The translations under genes and the position numbers were made by a program. A DNA stretch of 63,991 nucleotides, the filler included, from Octopus bimaculoides (taxonomy: Eukaryota): the NCBI RefSeq assembly GCF_001194135.2. It is 4 parts of 4 records of this genome, joined end to end, with 100 filler letters (N's around TTAATTAATTAA, not from the genome) between each part and the next. Parts side by side here need not be neighbours in the genome. Positions count along the whole stretch, not along the records: positions 1 to 19,693 come from NC_068986.1; 3 more parts are not named here. One strand, 5' to 3'. Below, piece by piece: positions 1 to 11,990 of the stretch; position 1 is the stretch's first letter, and the number at the start of each line of letters is the position of its first letter. A model generated the notes under the pieces. That model did no database searches. It worked only from the letters and a program-made list of their open reading frames with translations, and was not told the origin of the DNA.

Positions 1-49
<49 letters not shown>

Positions 50-548
50 CACACACATATATAATATAAGTGTGTGGTGGGGTAGTCATATTACATAAAC
101 TATGTATGTATGTATGTATGTATGTATGTTAGTGTGTATGCGTTCGCCTATTCAATAACAACTTCCTCTAAGAATGGCGCATCTTTTCAAATACCTATTT
201 TTGTACGGTGTACTATATAGAAGCCAGCTTCCATGAGTGACTTCTTCCTTTCTCAGTAACAGTGCGAATGTTTCGATGAATGTTCTAATAGTTGAATATA
301 GTCTTCCTTATGCATCGCATGTATTCTTTCATTCTAAATTCTTAACGCTTATATTCCTGTCTTTCTTTGTTTTCTATTAAATATATTTATAACATAGTCT
401 TTCAACTGACATTAACAATATAGATCAAGATATTTTTTTCCGATTTTTTTTCTCCTTTCACTATATATAGTTTTTGCTTTATTTTATTACTGTAAAGCGG
501 TCGGTCCATTGGCTGTAACATAGAGCAATGGATTGGATTAAATACCAA

Positions 549-785
549 GGCTTGTGGCCAAGTAGCTCAGTTGCTCACGATCGCAAGATTGTGGTTTCAA
601 TGCCCGGACTAGACTGGGTGGTGCGTTGCGTTCTTGAGCAAAACACTTCACTTCTTGTTACTACAGTTCATTCAGTTATAAATGAGTAAACCTGAAACGG
701 ACTGGGTCTCGTTCAGGTTGGGTTCTGTGATCTTGGTCACTTTATATGCCATGGAAACCAGGTAAGTGGTCCTACGGGCCCTAGG
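549..785 (+). mobile_element. Degenerate tRNA-derived SINE (CORE-like family)
   Basis: GGTTTCAATGCCC B-box-like motif followed by TTGAGCAAAACACTTCA...AAATGAGT, homologous to the 6891 copy. Confidence 0.6.
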
Positions 786-1165
786 AATCGAGATAGTAGT
801 GTCCGAGGTTGATGATGATGATTTAAGTACGTCCGTTTACGTTATGAGTTCAACTCTCAGCTGTGATAGACTGTGCTTCACCCCTCCCGAGCTTGATAAG
901 ATACAATGCGTGAGATGTAATAAGGGCGTCCTCATCGACTACGGTTTCCTATGTTTTTGTGTGGCATCGAAACCGTTTCAGGAATCTTCATAGTTATTCA
1001 TCAGAAAGAAGCGGATGGTTCACATAAAAGTTATGATAGATCGCTAACCACTACACACATTTTCTTTCTCTTCTTTTTTCTCTCCTTTTTTTCTCTCCTT
1101 TTTCTCTCTTTTTTTTTCTCTCTTTTTTTCTCTCCTTCTTTCTCTCCTTCTTTCTTTCTGCGTTC

Positions 1166-1221
1166 CTTTCTGCTGAAGAGCGTAGGCTCGAAACGTTAAA
1201 GACTTTTTCAATTCCCGAGCG

Positions 1222-1225
<4 letters not shown>
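1166..1225 (+). ncRNA. Minimal hammerhead-like motif at the start of a dispersed repeat (copy 1)
   Basis: CTTT-CTGCTGA-A-GAGC(GTAG)GCTC-GAAAC-GTT-AAAG: stem I CTTT/AAAG, 4-bp stem II, ACGT palindromic stem III. Core position A6 is C in this copy. Confidence 0.55.
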
Positions 1226-1257
<32 letters not shown>

Positions 1258-1869
1258 TCTTCTTCGCATTCATAGTACATCAATATTTCGGGATTATGAC
1301 TCCTTCTTGAGGAAATTCACAGAGAAAAGATGTTGTTAGCCTGTGTCTCTGCTCTACATAAATTTCGATGAAGAGATGTAACAATCAAAATATTTTAAGA
1401 CCCGAACAATATGCCGTAACTCAGAAACTTGATATAGATGTAAGTTATGAAAAGCATTTTTCTCACACTAGTTACATCGAAAACAATTCCATAGCGTAAT
1501 ATAATTGACAAGGATTTATCCAAATTACTATTGTACACGTTTCAATAATAGATTTATTATAAGTTCATATAATAAACAGCTATCATTTCTTCGGCAATTG
1601 AATTTTAAATAAATGTTGGAACGAGTAAAAATATAGCGTTGATAATCTACGTTGAAGAATATCTATTTGTTGTAAGACTAAAGCTCTGACTACCATATTT
1701 TTAAACTCTGATGCAATATTCTTTGGTCACTCTGTCTTTGTTCACAGCAGTTCTATAGGATACATTTTCGTTAATACCTACTTACTTGTGTTTTGTGGAA
1801 GAACAAAGAGTTTCATTGATAGAAATGAATGTTTCTAGCTTGGAAAAATAGTTTTCCCACGTTTAATAT

Positions 1870-2350
1870 CAAGTATGTTCGTGTGTAAGTATGTATGTAC
1901 TTAATCATGTATGTGTATATGAATGTATTTACGTATGTATGTATCTATGTATGTATCTATGCATGTACGTTTGTATGTATATATGTAAGTATGTTTGTAT
2001 GTGTGTATGTATGTATGTTTGTATATATGTATGCATGTATGTATGTCTGTATGTATCTATCTATGTATGTATCTATGTATGTATCTATGCATGTACGTGT
2101 GTATGTATGTATGTTTGTATGTATGTATGTATGTATGTATGTATGCATTTATATTTGTATGTATGTATGTTCGTTTGTATGTATGTATGTATGTATGTAT
2201 GCTAGTGTTTATGAGTGTATGTATTATATATGAATGTATGTATATATGTATTTATATTCGTATGTATGTAGTATTTATGTATGTAGTATGTATGTATGTA
2301 GTATGTATGTATGTATGTGTGTATGTATGCATGTATGTGTGTGTATGTGA
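1870..2350. repeat. Imperfect (TATG)n microsatellite
   Basis: Direct reading. Confidence 0.95.
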
Positions 2351-2585
2351 TTTTTCTTTAAAATTTTTGATAAGATTTTTCCTTTGCAAAATCCAATTGC
2401 AAAGTGACAAGCTACTTTTGTTTGAATTTAGGCAATTCCTGGTATTTATGAATATATAAATGAATCAGTGTGTGCGCATATGTAGGTGCATATGTCGATA
2501 AACTTGCACGCGTCTACTGCGCGTGCGTGTATCTTTAGAACAAAAGTGTGTGTGTGTGCGTGCGTGTTTCATTATTGTTTGTATG

Positions 2586-2972
2586 TGTTGTTGGCACTCC
2601 GTCGCTTACGACGTCGAGGGTTCCAGTTGATCCGATCAACGGAACAGCCTGCTCGTGAAATTAACGTGCAAGTGGCTGAGCATTCCACAGACACGTGTAC
2701 CCTTAACGTAGTTCTCGGGGACATTCAGCGTGACACAGAGTGTGACAAGGCTGACCCTTTGAATTACAGGCACAACAGAAACAGGAAGTAAGAGTGAGAG
2801 AAAGTTGTGGTGAAAGAGTACAGCAGGGTTCGCCACCATCCCCTGCCGGAGCCTCGTGGAGCTTTAGGTGTTTTCGCTCAATAAACACTCACAACGCCCG
2901 GTCTGGGAATCGAAACCGCAATCCTATGACCGCGAGTCTGCTGCCCTAACCACTGGGCCATTGCGCCTCCAC
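2586..2972 (-). mobile_element. Full-length tRNA-derived SINE (head X + tail P)
   Basis: A box TGGCCCAGTGG, B box GGTTTCGATTCCC, short CAA tail. Homologous copies at 10097, 11479, 36696 and 59918. Confidence 0.9.
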
Positions 2973-3190
2973 GTTTGCATATGTATGCGTGTGTATACCA
3001 TATTCAAATGCGAATTGTGTGCATGTCTTCATTCCAGAAACCTCATATAGAGAATCTCTGGAATGATTTGAAGATTTTCACCGTGCTACAAATCGATTAT
3101 AATTGGAAAATACGAATTAGTTTTGGTCTTCCTTGGAGAACCACATCATTTTCTCGCTTTCACACAAATCTCTTGTTAAATAGCCCATTT

Positions 3191-3535
3191 TTAGTCTTAG
3201 TTCCTGCCGGACAACTGGCCAGTGTATCGGGCAGCAAGACATTTCCGGTTACCCCGGTTTTGAGCATGGTTGCCTGCATCTTCCCAGGTGATGCTAGGTC
3301 ACTTCAGATCTTTGAAGATGGCGCACCATATCTTCTTAGGTCTCTCTATCGCTCTATTCTTTTTTGTCCATTTGGCGGTATCCATTGTATAACTGCCTTG
3401 GGTATTCGTTCATCTTGCACGTTACAATCTCCAGCAAGCTGCTCAGATTAGCTCTTCCCAAAACTTCAGTCCCTGTAGGTAATATTCTGCGTAGACATCA
3501 TTGGTAGAATGCATCCGACCTCTGAGTTGATACAA
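3191..3535 (-). mobile_element. RTE-clade LINE 3' fragment
   Basis: Frameshifted translation EVLGRANL...RIPKAVIQWIPPNGQKR...PKKIW...ITWEDAGNHAQNR, matching the typical RTE ORF C-terminus (RxPKxxxxWxPxGKRxRGRPKKTW...AQDR). Confidence 0.75.
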
Positions 3536-3664
3536 ATAAAAATCTATAGCTTGGCTATAAGGGCAGTAAATTTCTCTTTATTTCACTTTTCTCTAATTTT
3601 AGATATGTCGTTCATATCAGCAGGAGAGCTGACCTCCATAACAGCGTATAATTTTTGTTTGTAG

Positions 3665-3965
3665 TCGGGCTCACAATCATGAAGTAGTGAATTCGATTCC
3701 CGGACTAGGCTGTTTTTCGTTCGTTAGCAAGACACTTTATTTCACGTTACTCCAATTCACTCAGCTTTAGAAATGAGTTGTGGCGTCACTGATGCCAAGT
3801 TGTGTAGGCCTTTGTCTTTCCCTTGGATAAAATCGTTGGCGTGGAGAGGGGAGCCGGATATGCATAGGCGACTGCGGGTCTTCCATAAACAACCCTACTT
3901 AGACTTGTGCCTGAGAGGGTAACTTTCTAGGTGCAATCCCATGGTCATTCATGATCGAAGGGGAT
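3665..3965 (+). mobile_element. tRNA-derived SINE, CORE-like head with a different tail
   Basis: GAATTCGATTCCCGG B box followed by AGCAAGACACTTTATTTCACGTTACTCCAATTCACTCAGC. Confidence 0.6.
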
Positions 3966-4759
3966 CTTTTAGTCCCATACAATAATATCAGGTCAATTGT
4001 TTACACTTGGTCGCAGTTTTTATTGGAACGTAGTCCTTATTTTTAAGAGTATGAATGCATTCTGTGTCTGATATGCTTTTGGCATGACCATTGGGAAAAT
4101 TCTTCCAACGGATGACACTGTACGAATTAGTGCGTGTATATAAATGGTTTTATCGGTGTTATATCTCGTGGGAAAGCAGTACCTTGTGGACATTTTTGGA
4201 GGTGTTTGCTGTGAATGTGGGTGAAGAAATCTTTTGTGGTATGGAGCAATCAACGTTTTCTATCACAAAGTAAATGTTTAGAGGCATCCTGAACTCCCTT
4301 ATGGATCAAGTATGCAGTCGCTGTCCCCTGTTACTGAATAGCAAAAGCATCGCTTTACATCTGAGATGTGATGCATCTAACACAGATTCAGGAAAGGCTA
4401 CTCTTTCGGACAAAGTTGTTATTCTAACAATTCTGCTAACTCTTGGTCTTCAAGAGATTAGAGTCATCATAACCCCGCTGCCGTGGGCGAAATTTATGTT
4501 GATAAGGACTTAAAAGTAACGCACAGAAATTCTCGAAACACGGGACAAAATGTTTCGGAAGTTTAATCTCGAAACAGAGAAACGCATTCGAGACTTCAAT
4601 CAGACTTTCGATGGTCGTATCAGTTATACACACAGCACCAGTTTTTAGCTGGAAATCGAAACTGAGACACTGACTTCATTTACTATTATTTTGTAATCTA
4701 ACTCACACAAAAGATATGGTCGTGTGAATGTGTGTAAGAGAGAGAGGGGGGAAAAGAAA

Positions 4760-4769
4760 GAGAGAAGGA

Positions 4770-4852
<83 letters not shown>

Positions 4853-5286
4853 NNNNNNNNNNNNNNNNNNNNNNNNNNNNNNNNNNNNNNNNNNNNNNNN
4901 NNNNNNNNNNNNNNNNNNNNNNNNNNNNNNNNNNNNNNNNNNNNNNNNNNNNNNNNNNNNNNNNNNNNNNNNNNNNNNNNNNNNNNNNNNNNNNNNNNNN
5001 NNNNNNNNNNNNNNNNNNNNNNNNNNNNNNNNNNNNNNNNNNNNNNNNNNNNNNNNNNNNNNNNNNNNNNNNNNNNNNNNNNNNNNNNNNNNNNNNNNNN
5101 NNNNNNNNNNNNNNNNNNNNNNNNNNNNNNNNNNNNNNNNNNNNNNNNNNNNNNNNNNNNNNNNNNNNNNNNNNNNNNNNNNNNNNNNNNNNNNNNNNNN
5201 NNNNNNNNNNNNNNNNNNNNNNNNNNNNNNNNNNNNNNNNNNNNNNNNNNNNNNNNNNNNNNNNNNNNNNNNNNNNNNNNNNNNNN

Positions 5287-5327
<41 letters not shown>

Positions 5328-5355
5328 TCTCTCTCTCTCTCTTTCTCTCTCTCTA
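4760..5355. repeat. (AAAG)n and (CT)n microsatellites flanking an assembly gap
   Basis: Direct reading; gap at 4853-5286. Confidence 0.95.
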
Positions 5356-6129
5356 CCTATTTTTATACACAAATTCCAATAACTTATTGATTTGAAACTC
5401 GCCGTGACTTGTCCAAGCAAAGTGCAAAAGTTATCTTTTAGTAACTAATACCTCTTTTCTGTACACTTATGTATGCGTTGATGCATCTAACGTTTCCCAA
5501 AAACGTGCTTAGATAAACGAAATCCCGGTGGGTTTCCAAGCTCTTCGATTAAAAGAGGTCTGCTGATTCCTCTGTGACTTCATTAAATTCCAAATTTGAA
5601 ACAACTCTACAAACTGGTTGCAACGATGTGAAAATATTAAAAAATAATAATAACTGTCAGCAAAACGCAAAGAAAATCAAAAATAAATGGCTGCGTCGAT
5701 GAGAGACAGTGGAGGAGAAAAAGAGGAGTAGGGAGAGAGAGGGGGAGAGAGACAGACAGACATTTACATTGGAAAGTGGACTGATGTTTGATAGAAAAGT
5801 AGGCCAATAGCAGAAATACTTATATAAAATGGGTGAAGATGGATAATGGAGTAATATACATAATCAAATTTAGGAAATGATTATAAGAATGGGTGAAATT
5901 AATGCGGATAAGAAGTTAAACTCAAAAATCTGAAAAAGATGTCCAAACTGAAGGGGGGAAAAATTATCCACTTAAATAAAGGTAAACATGATATTCAGAC
6001 GATAAGAAATATTTTTAACGGAAAACGTTAAGAGGGGGGAAAATTAGAACAAAAATAGATCTGAAAAGTCAATTGGGAGAAATAATAAGAAATAATAATT
6101 GTATCTAATTTAGGCACAATGTCAGACAT

Positions 6130-6715
6130 TTTGAGGGGAGGGGTTAGTTGATACCATCGACTAACTGGTACTTTGTTTTACTGTCCCTCGTGGGATGAAA
6201 GGCGAAGTTGACTTCGGTAGGATCTGAAGAGATGGAGGAAGAAATACTGCGAGATATTTTATCCGACAGTCTAACGACTCTTCTAATCCTTTGTTCTTTA
6301 AGGAGAAATAATAGTCCCAAATTTTGGTACAAGGCCGACCGATTTTAGGAGTAGGGCGTAAGTCGATTACATCGACCCTAGTGCTCAACAGCTACTTGTT
6401 TTATTGATTACGAACGGATGAAAGGCAAAACTAATCTTGGCAGATTTCCACTTAGAACGTAAAGCCGGAAGAAATGCCGCTAAGCATTTTGTCCGGTACA
6501 ATAACGACTCTGCCAACTCACCGCCTTCTTTTGGAGGAAATAATAATGGCACAAAGCCACCAGTTTTTGAGGGTACTTATTTTATCGACCCTGAAAAGAT
6601 GAAAGGCGAAGTCGACTTCTACGAACTTGAGTTCAGAACACAAAGATTGACGAAATGCCGTTAAGCATTTTATCCGTCGTGCGAACGGTTCTGGCAGTTT
6701 ATCGCCTTCTTTTGC
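6130..6715 (-). mobile_element. Three head-to-tail copies of a short SINE (family Z)
   Basis: GATGAAAGGCGAAGTCGAC / TACTTATTTTATCGACCC / GAACTCAGAAC motifs recur three times in the same orientation. Confidence 0.8.
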
Positions 6716-6805
6716 GAGAAATGTGAAATCTTATATAGAATGAATGTAACTATATATGTATACATACATACATACATACATACATACATACATACATACA
6801 TACAT

Positions 6806-6836
<31 letters not shown>

Positions 6837-6890
6837 TACTTACATGTTAATTGAAAAACGTCTTCAATAAGAGGATGTATTTCCTATTAT

Positions 6891-7150
6891 GTGGAGGCGC
6901 GTGTCCTAGCGGTTAGGGTATCAGCACCATGATCGTAAGATTGTGGTTTCGATTCCTGGACCGAGCGACGCGTTGTGCTCTTGAGCAAAACACTTCATTT
7001 CACGTTGCTCCAGTCCGCTCAGCTGGCAAAAATGAGAAACGCTGCGATGGACTGGCGTCCCGTCCAGCTGGGGAACACATACGCCATTGAAACCGGGAAA
7101 CCGGGCCCATGAGCCTGGCTAGGCTTTAAAAGGGCGCATTTATTATTTAT
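6891..7150 (+). mobile_element. Full-length tRNA-derived SINE (head Y, CORE-like + tail Q)
   Basis: GTGGAGGCGCGTGTCCTAGCGG A box, GGTTTCGATTCCTGG B box, GCTGCGATGGACTGGCGTCCCGTCCAG segment, TTA-rich tail. Confidence 0.9.
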
Positions 7151-7169
7151 TATTATTATTTCCTTTTAT

Positions 7170-7280
7170 ATATTACGCAAGATCTGAAACGTATGAGCAC
7201 AAATAGGATGTATTAGGTTTGCGCTCAGGAAAATTAGAAGTCTTTAACGTTTCGAGCATACGCTCTTCTTCGGAAATGAT
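7170..7280 (-). ncRNA. Minimal hammerhead-like motif repeat (copy 2)
   Basis: Minus strand 7276-7242 reads TTT-CCGAAGA-A-GAGC(GTAT)GCTC-GAAAC-GTT-AAAG. The downstream flank is homologous to copy 1. Confidence 0.55.
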
Positions 7281-7709
7281 AAATAAGAAAAGAGAAATGA
7301 ACAAACGTGTCTCAATCTGTTGATCATGCATGCTGAATGCTTCCGAAATGGAGTTGCATAGCAACTGTCATCGGAATTTTCTGTCTGATCTCACTATGGC
7401 ACGAAATGTATTTCATACATTCATTAATAAACTTTATTAATTATCGAATCATCTATATCTTCTATACAAGCCGTGTTTATGCTAGAGACTAACAAACTGT
7501 GATTTTACCACGATCACTCGACTGATCCTACAACGTTACTAGTGTGATATTCGCAAATCTTGCGGATGCCGCCGATATACGAAGTTCCTAGTATTATTGT
7601 TAAAGGCATGAAACTTGGTATAAGTATTTTTCGATCGATAAGTGATGTAGTATTAGGGTTCCTGGTGTCTCTCCTACGTGTACGTTTTGTAGCATTTAAT
7701 GCAGTTTTC

Positions 7710-8006
7710 GGATCTTTTTTAAAACGGGGGCCACATTTTTCATTAATGTTTTACGTAGTGTTTTTGGTACCGAAAGACTTTCAAACTTCGTATACTTATC
7801 TATTTTGTGTTATAGAACAGAAAAATATTTTTGTATTCGAATTTATTTCATGTAAAAAATTGTCTTATTTCGATAATTTCAACCAATCACTGACGTCCAC
7901 TCAGCCGATATACATTAAGTGCCGACTACATAAACAAACGATTCTTCGTTTTATTTGCTTTTTTCATTTTAAATTTGCTTTAACCCTAACCCTAAGCCTA
8001 ACCCTA
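7710..8006 (+). mobile_element. Dispersed element ending in (TAACCC)n, copy 1
   Basis: Shares TTTTAAAACGGGGGCCACATTTT and an ~85-bp block (AACCAATCACTGACGTCCA...CAAACGATTCT) with the 10214 copy; runs into telomere-like repeats and then a gap. Confidence 0.75.
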
Positions 8007-9729
8007 NNNNNNNNNNNNNNNNNNNNNNNNNNNNNNNNNNNNNNNNNNNNNNNNNNNNNNNNNNNNNNNNNNNNNNNNNNNNNNNNNNNNNNNNNNNNNN
8101 NNNNNNNNNNNNNNNNNNNNNNNNNNNNNNNNNNNNNNNNNNNNNNNNNNNNNNNNNNNNNNNNNNNNNNNNNNNNNNNNNNNNNNNNNNNNNNNNNNNN
8201 NNNNNNNNNNNNNNNNNNNNNNNNNNNNNNNNNNNNNNNNNNNNNNNNNNNNNNNNNNNNNNNNNNNNNNNNNNNNNNNNNNNNNNNNNNNNNNNNNNNN
8301 NNNNNNNNNNNNNNNNNNNNNNNNNNNNNNNNNNNNNNNNNNNNNNNNNNNNNNNNNNNNNNNNNNNNNNNNNNNNNNNNNNNNNNNNNNNNNNNNNNNN
8401 NNNNNNNNNNNNNNNNNNNNNNNNNNNNNNNNNNNNNNNNNNNNNNNNNNNNNNNNNNNNNNNNNNNNNNNNNNNNNNNNNNNNNNNNNNNNNNNNNNNN
8501 NNNNNNNNNNNNNNNNNNNNNNNNNNNNNNNNNNTGTGTATGCATGTAGGAGTGCATGTATGCATGCCTGCATGTAACCATCCATTCTTTAGTTTCTTAA
8601 ATAAACGATTATTTTACTGCAGTCACATACATATGCACACACACACACAGATGTGTAAGTGTGTGTGTGTGTGTGTGTGTGTGTGATTAAGTATTAGATG
8701 GAAATCTTTTTGTCGGTATGAATGCTGCATACAATCCAATGTACAGCGGTAAATCTTGCACTGCTGTTCAATCATACTTTAAGATAAGCAATACAAATAG
8801 ATTTGTGTCATAACTATCTATCGATATTGTGTGCATCGTGTATAAATTTAGATTTTCTATCGTTTAGATCATAAGAAATTTAATAAAAGTGCAAAAATTT
8901 TAGCAGTAATCAAAATTCACTATTTTATTCTCTGTCCGTTTCCGAATTTGCCTCTTTCACTCATTTCTCTGATCGATAATGTATTTATTTATTTACTTAT
9001 TCATTCATTAAATTATTTATTTATTTCCTTTCTATATTATCGTTTTATGCTACAATTTGATCTACTCATCGAAAACATTTATTCTTTTATTAATATTATA
9101 AGAAATTTAATAATATAATTTTAATTTTTATATATGTGTCTGTGAATGTACGTATCTATGCATGCATGTATATATGTAAATTTTTATATATGAGGTTTTT
9201 ACTGCAGTCGTCTGCTTCGAGTTTTTCCCTCTCGTTTACTTACTCTCTCATTTCAGACAGTTTCTTTCGTTTGCTTTGATACATTCTTTATAATACAAAA
9301 CCTAAAAACGAATTCTTTTGACTATACGTTTTCTGTTTCCTGTTCTCCTTATTGCTTGTCCAGATACTTTTGACCAACTCATTCTAGCATACCCCAGCCT
9401 AGATATTTTGTGGCAATTGTTCATCTATATTCCTTTTCCTGATCATATATTTTATATCATTTTAATTGTAATGCTCTTGTCTTCTAACTTCACTCAATTT
9501 CCTACAAAAATGGGGGGGGGTTCCATTTTAATACATTCATGTAGCTACGATTTAATATTCTGTACCCCCTCACTCATTAAAATATGGACATGTGCGAAGT
9601 AAATAGAAATATTTTCGTGTTTTATATTTAATTTATTATATTCTAATAAATGATGCCAAACTAACATAACTTTTCAATAAACTGTGTTTGATATTCCCCG
9701 TTGAAATCATTTCGCTTACGTCCCTAATG

Positions 9730-9762
<33 letters not shown>

Positions 9763-9992
9763 ATAAACATAGATACATATAAAGAAGTGGATGAACAGGA
9801 ATTGTTTAAAGAAGTGAATTGGTTATTTATACGTTAACTACGAAACGCCTATAAGCCTTACTGGGCACTATATAAATTGTTTAACCGAAGTGTTTATTTA
9901 TTAGGTCTGCTCTAAATGCAATTGGAAGCTTTGTATAAGGTGAATAAAAAGAAAAGAACCTCAAATATAGCCATATGAAGAAAATGTGTATA

Positions 9993-10076
9993 TAGTAATC
10001 CCTCGATTATCGCAGATGTTACGTTCCAGAAACACCCGCGATAAGTGAAAATCCACGAAGTAGAAACAGTACTGTA
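9993..10076 (+). mobile_element. Short Tigger/pogo-like MITE remnant
   Basis: TA-(C)AGTAATCCCTCG...CGCGATAAGTGAAAATCCACGAAG...ACTG-TA; a reverse-oriented homologue lies at 42492-42579. Confidence 0.65.
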
Positions 10077-10096
10077 ACTGTGTATTTATTACTATT

Positions 10097-10213
10097 GAGG
10101 CGCAATGGCCCAGTGGTTAGGGCAGCGGACTCGCGGTTTCGATTCCCAGACCGGGCGTTGTGAGTGTTTATTGAGCGAAAACACCTAAAGCTCCACGAGG
10201 TTCCGGCAGGGGA
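10097..10213 (+). mobile_element. 5' half of a SINE (head X), interrupted
   Basis: GGCGCAATGGCCCAGTGGTTAGGGCAGC...CCGGCAGGGG, near identical to the 2586 family. Confidence 0.85.
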
Positions 10214-10482
10214 TATTTTTTAAAACGGGGGCCACATTTTTCATTAACGAAACACTTTGAAACTTGGAACACTGGTAGAATGTGTCATATAAAACATCTT
10301 TTTCTCTTAGTCTTCTTTAAAAAAAAAGAAATCCATAAGTTATTCCATGTTAAAGTTGTCGTATTTCTGTAATTGCAACCAATCACTGACGTCCATTCAG
10401 CCGATATACATTAAGTGCCGACTACATAAACAAACGATTCTGAAACAATTAACCCTAACCCTAACCCTAACCCTACGGTTAG
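10214..10482 (+). mobile_element. Dispersed element ending in (TAACCC)n, copy 2
   Basis: Homologous to 7710-8006; ends CTAACCCTACGGTTAG at the gap. Confidence 0.75.
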
Positions 10483-11478
10483 NNNNNNNNNNNNNNNNNN
10501 NNNNNNNNNNNNNNNNNNNNNNNNNNNNNNNNNNNNNNNNNNNNNNNNNNNNNNNNNNNNNNNNNNNNNNNNNNNNNNNNNNNNNNNNNNNNNNNNNNNN
10601 NNNNNNNNNNNNNNNNNNNNNNNNNNNNNNNNNNNNNNNNNNNNNNNNNNNNNNNNNNNNNNNNNNNNNNNNNNNNNNNNNNNNNNNNNNNNNNNNNNNN
10701 NNNNNNNNNNNNNNNNNNNNNNNNNNNNNNNNNNNNNNNNNNNNNNNNNNNNNNNNNNNNNNNNNNNNNNNNNNNNNNNNNNNNNNNNNNNNNNNNNNNN
10801 NNNNNNNNNNNNNNNNNNNNNNNNNNNNNNNNNNNNNNNNNNNNNNNNNNNNNNNNNNNNNNNNNNNNNNNNNNNNNNNNNNNNNNNNNNNNNNNNNNNN
10901 NNNNNNNNNNNNNNNNNNNNNNNNNNNNNNNNNNNNNNNNNNNNNNNNNNNNNNNNNNNNNNNNNNNNNNNNNNNNNNNNNNNNNNNNNNNNNNNNNNNN
11001 NNNNNNNNNNNNNNNNNNNNNNNNNNNNNNNNNNNNNNNNNNNNNNNNNNNNNNNNNNNNNNNNNNNNNNNNNNNNNNNNNNNNNNNNNNNNNNNNNNNN
11101 NNNNNNNNNNNNNNNNNNNNNNNNNNNNNNNNNNNNNNNNNNNNNNNNNNNNNNNNNNNNNNNNNNNNNNNNNNNNNNNNNNNNNNNNNNNNNNNNNNNN
11201 NNNNNNNNNNNNNNNNNNNNNNNNNNNNNNNNNNNNNNNNNNNNNNNNNNNNNNNNNNNNNNNNNNNNNNNNNNNNNNNNNNNNNNNNNNNNNNNNNNNN
11301 NNNNNNNNNNNNNNNNNNNNNNNNNNNNNNNNNNNNNNNNNNNNNNNNNNNNNNNNNNNNNNNNNNNNNNNNNNNNNNNNNNNNNNNNNNNNNNNNNNNN
11401 NNNNNNNNNNNNNNNNNNNNNNNNNNNNNNNNNNNNNNNNNNNNNNNNNNNNNNNNNNNNNNNNNNNNNNNNNNNNNT

Positions 11479-11668
11479 TCTGTTGTGCCTGTAATTCAAA
11501 GGGTCAGCCTTGTCACACTGTGTCACGCTGAATATCCCCGAGAACTACGTTAAGGGTACACGTGTCTGTGGAGTGCTCAGCCACTTGCGCGTTAGTTTCA
11601 CGAGCAGGCTGTTCCGTTGATTGGATCAACTGGTACCCTCGACGTCGTAAGCGACGGAGTGCCAATGC
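11479..11668 (+). mobile_element. 3' half of a SINE (tail P)
   Basis: Near-identical to the reverse complement of 2590-2780. Confidence 0.85.
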
Positions 11669-11705
11669 ACAAGTATCAGTCAAGTTTCGCAGTTGATTTG
11701 ATAAT

Positions 11706-11990
11706 CCTAGCGTAATGGCTTAGGGTGTTAAAACTATGATCGCCAACTCATGGTTTCGATTTGTAGACCGGGCGATGCGTTGTGTTCTTCAGCAAAACAC
11801 CTCTTCTTGCGTTGCTCTGCGAACACTTCGACACCTGACATTGCGGTACACCGGACAACGTCGATTTGATGGACAGGATGAGTTAATGTACAGCACATAC
11901 ATTTGACCACTATAAACAGATTATCTGCTCATGTTTGTTCAGCAAGAAACTGCGGAACCCTCGTCTGTCGTTTACGACAGACAAGAGTCC
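11706..11990 (+). mobile_element. Degenerate tRNA-derived SINE
   Basis: A-box-like TAATGGCTTAGG, GGTTTCGATT B box, TTCAGCAAAACAC CORE-like segment. Confidence 0.55.

Noticed and set aside
960-1006. Minus-strand CTGATGA...GAAAC with hammerhead-like spacing
   Set aside because: No convincing stem I or stem II; a few such spacings are expected by chance.
7980-8006. (TAACCC)n as a real chromosome end
   Set aside because: Short, interstitial, present twice with the same upstream flank; better explained as part of a dispersed repeat.
7560-8006. 149-codon open frame before the gap
   Set aside because: Runs through repeat sequence shared with 10214-10482, where the frame is not preserved; no recognisable motif.
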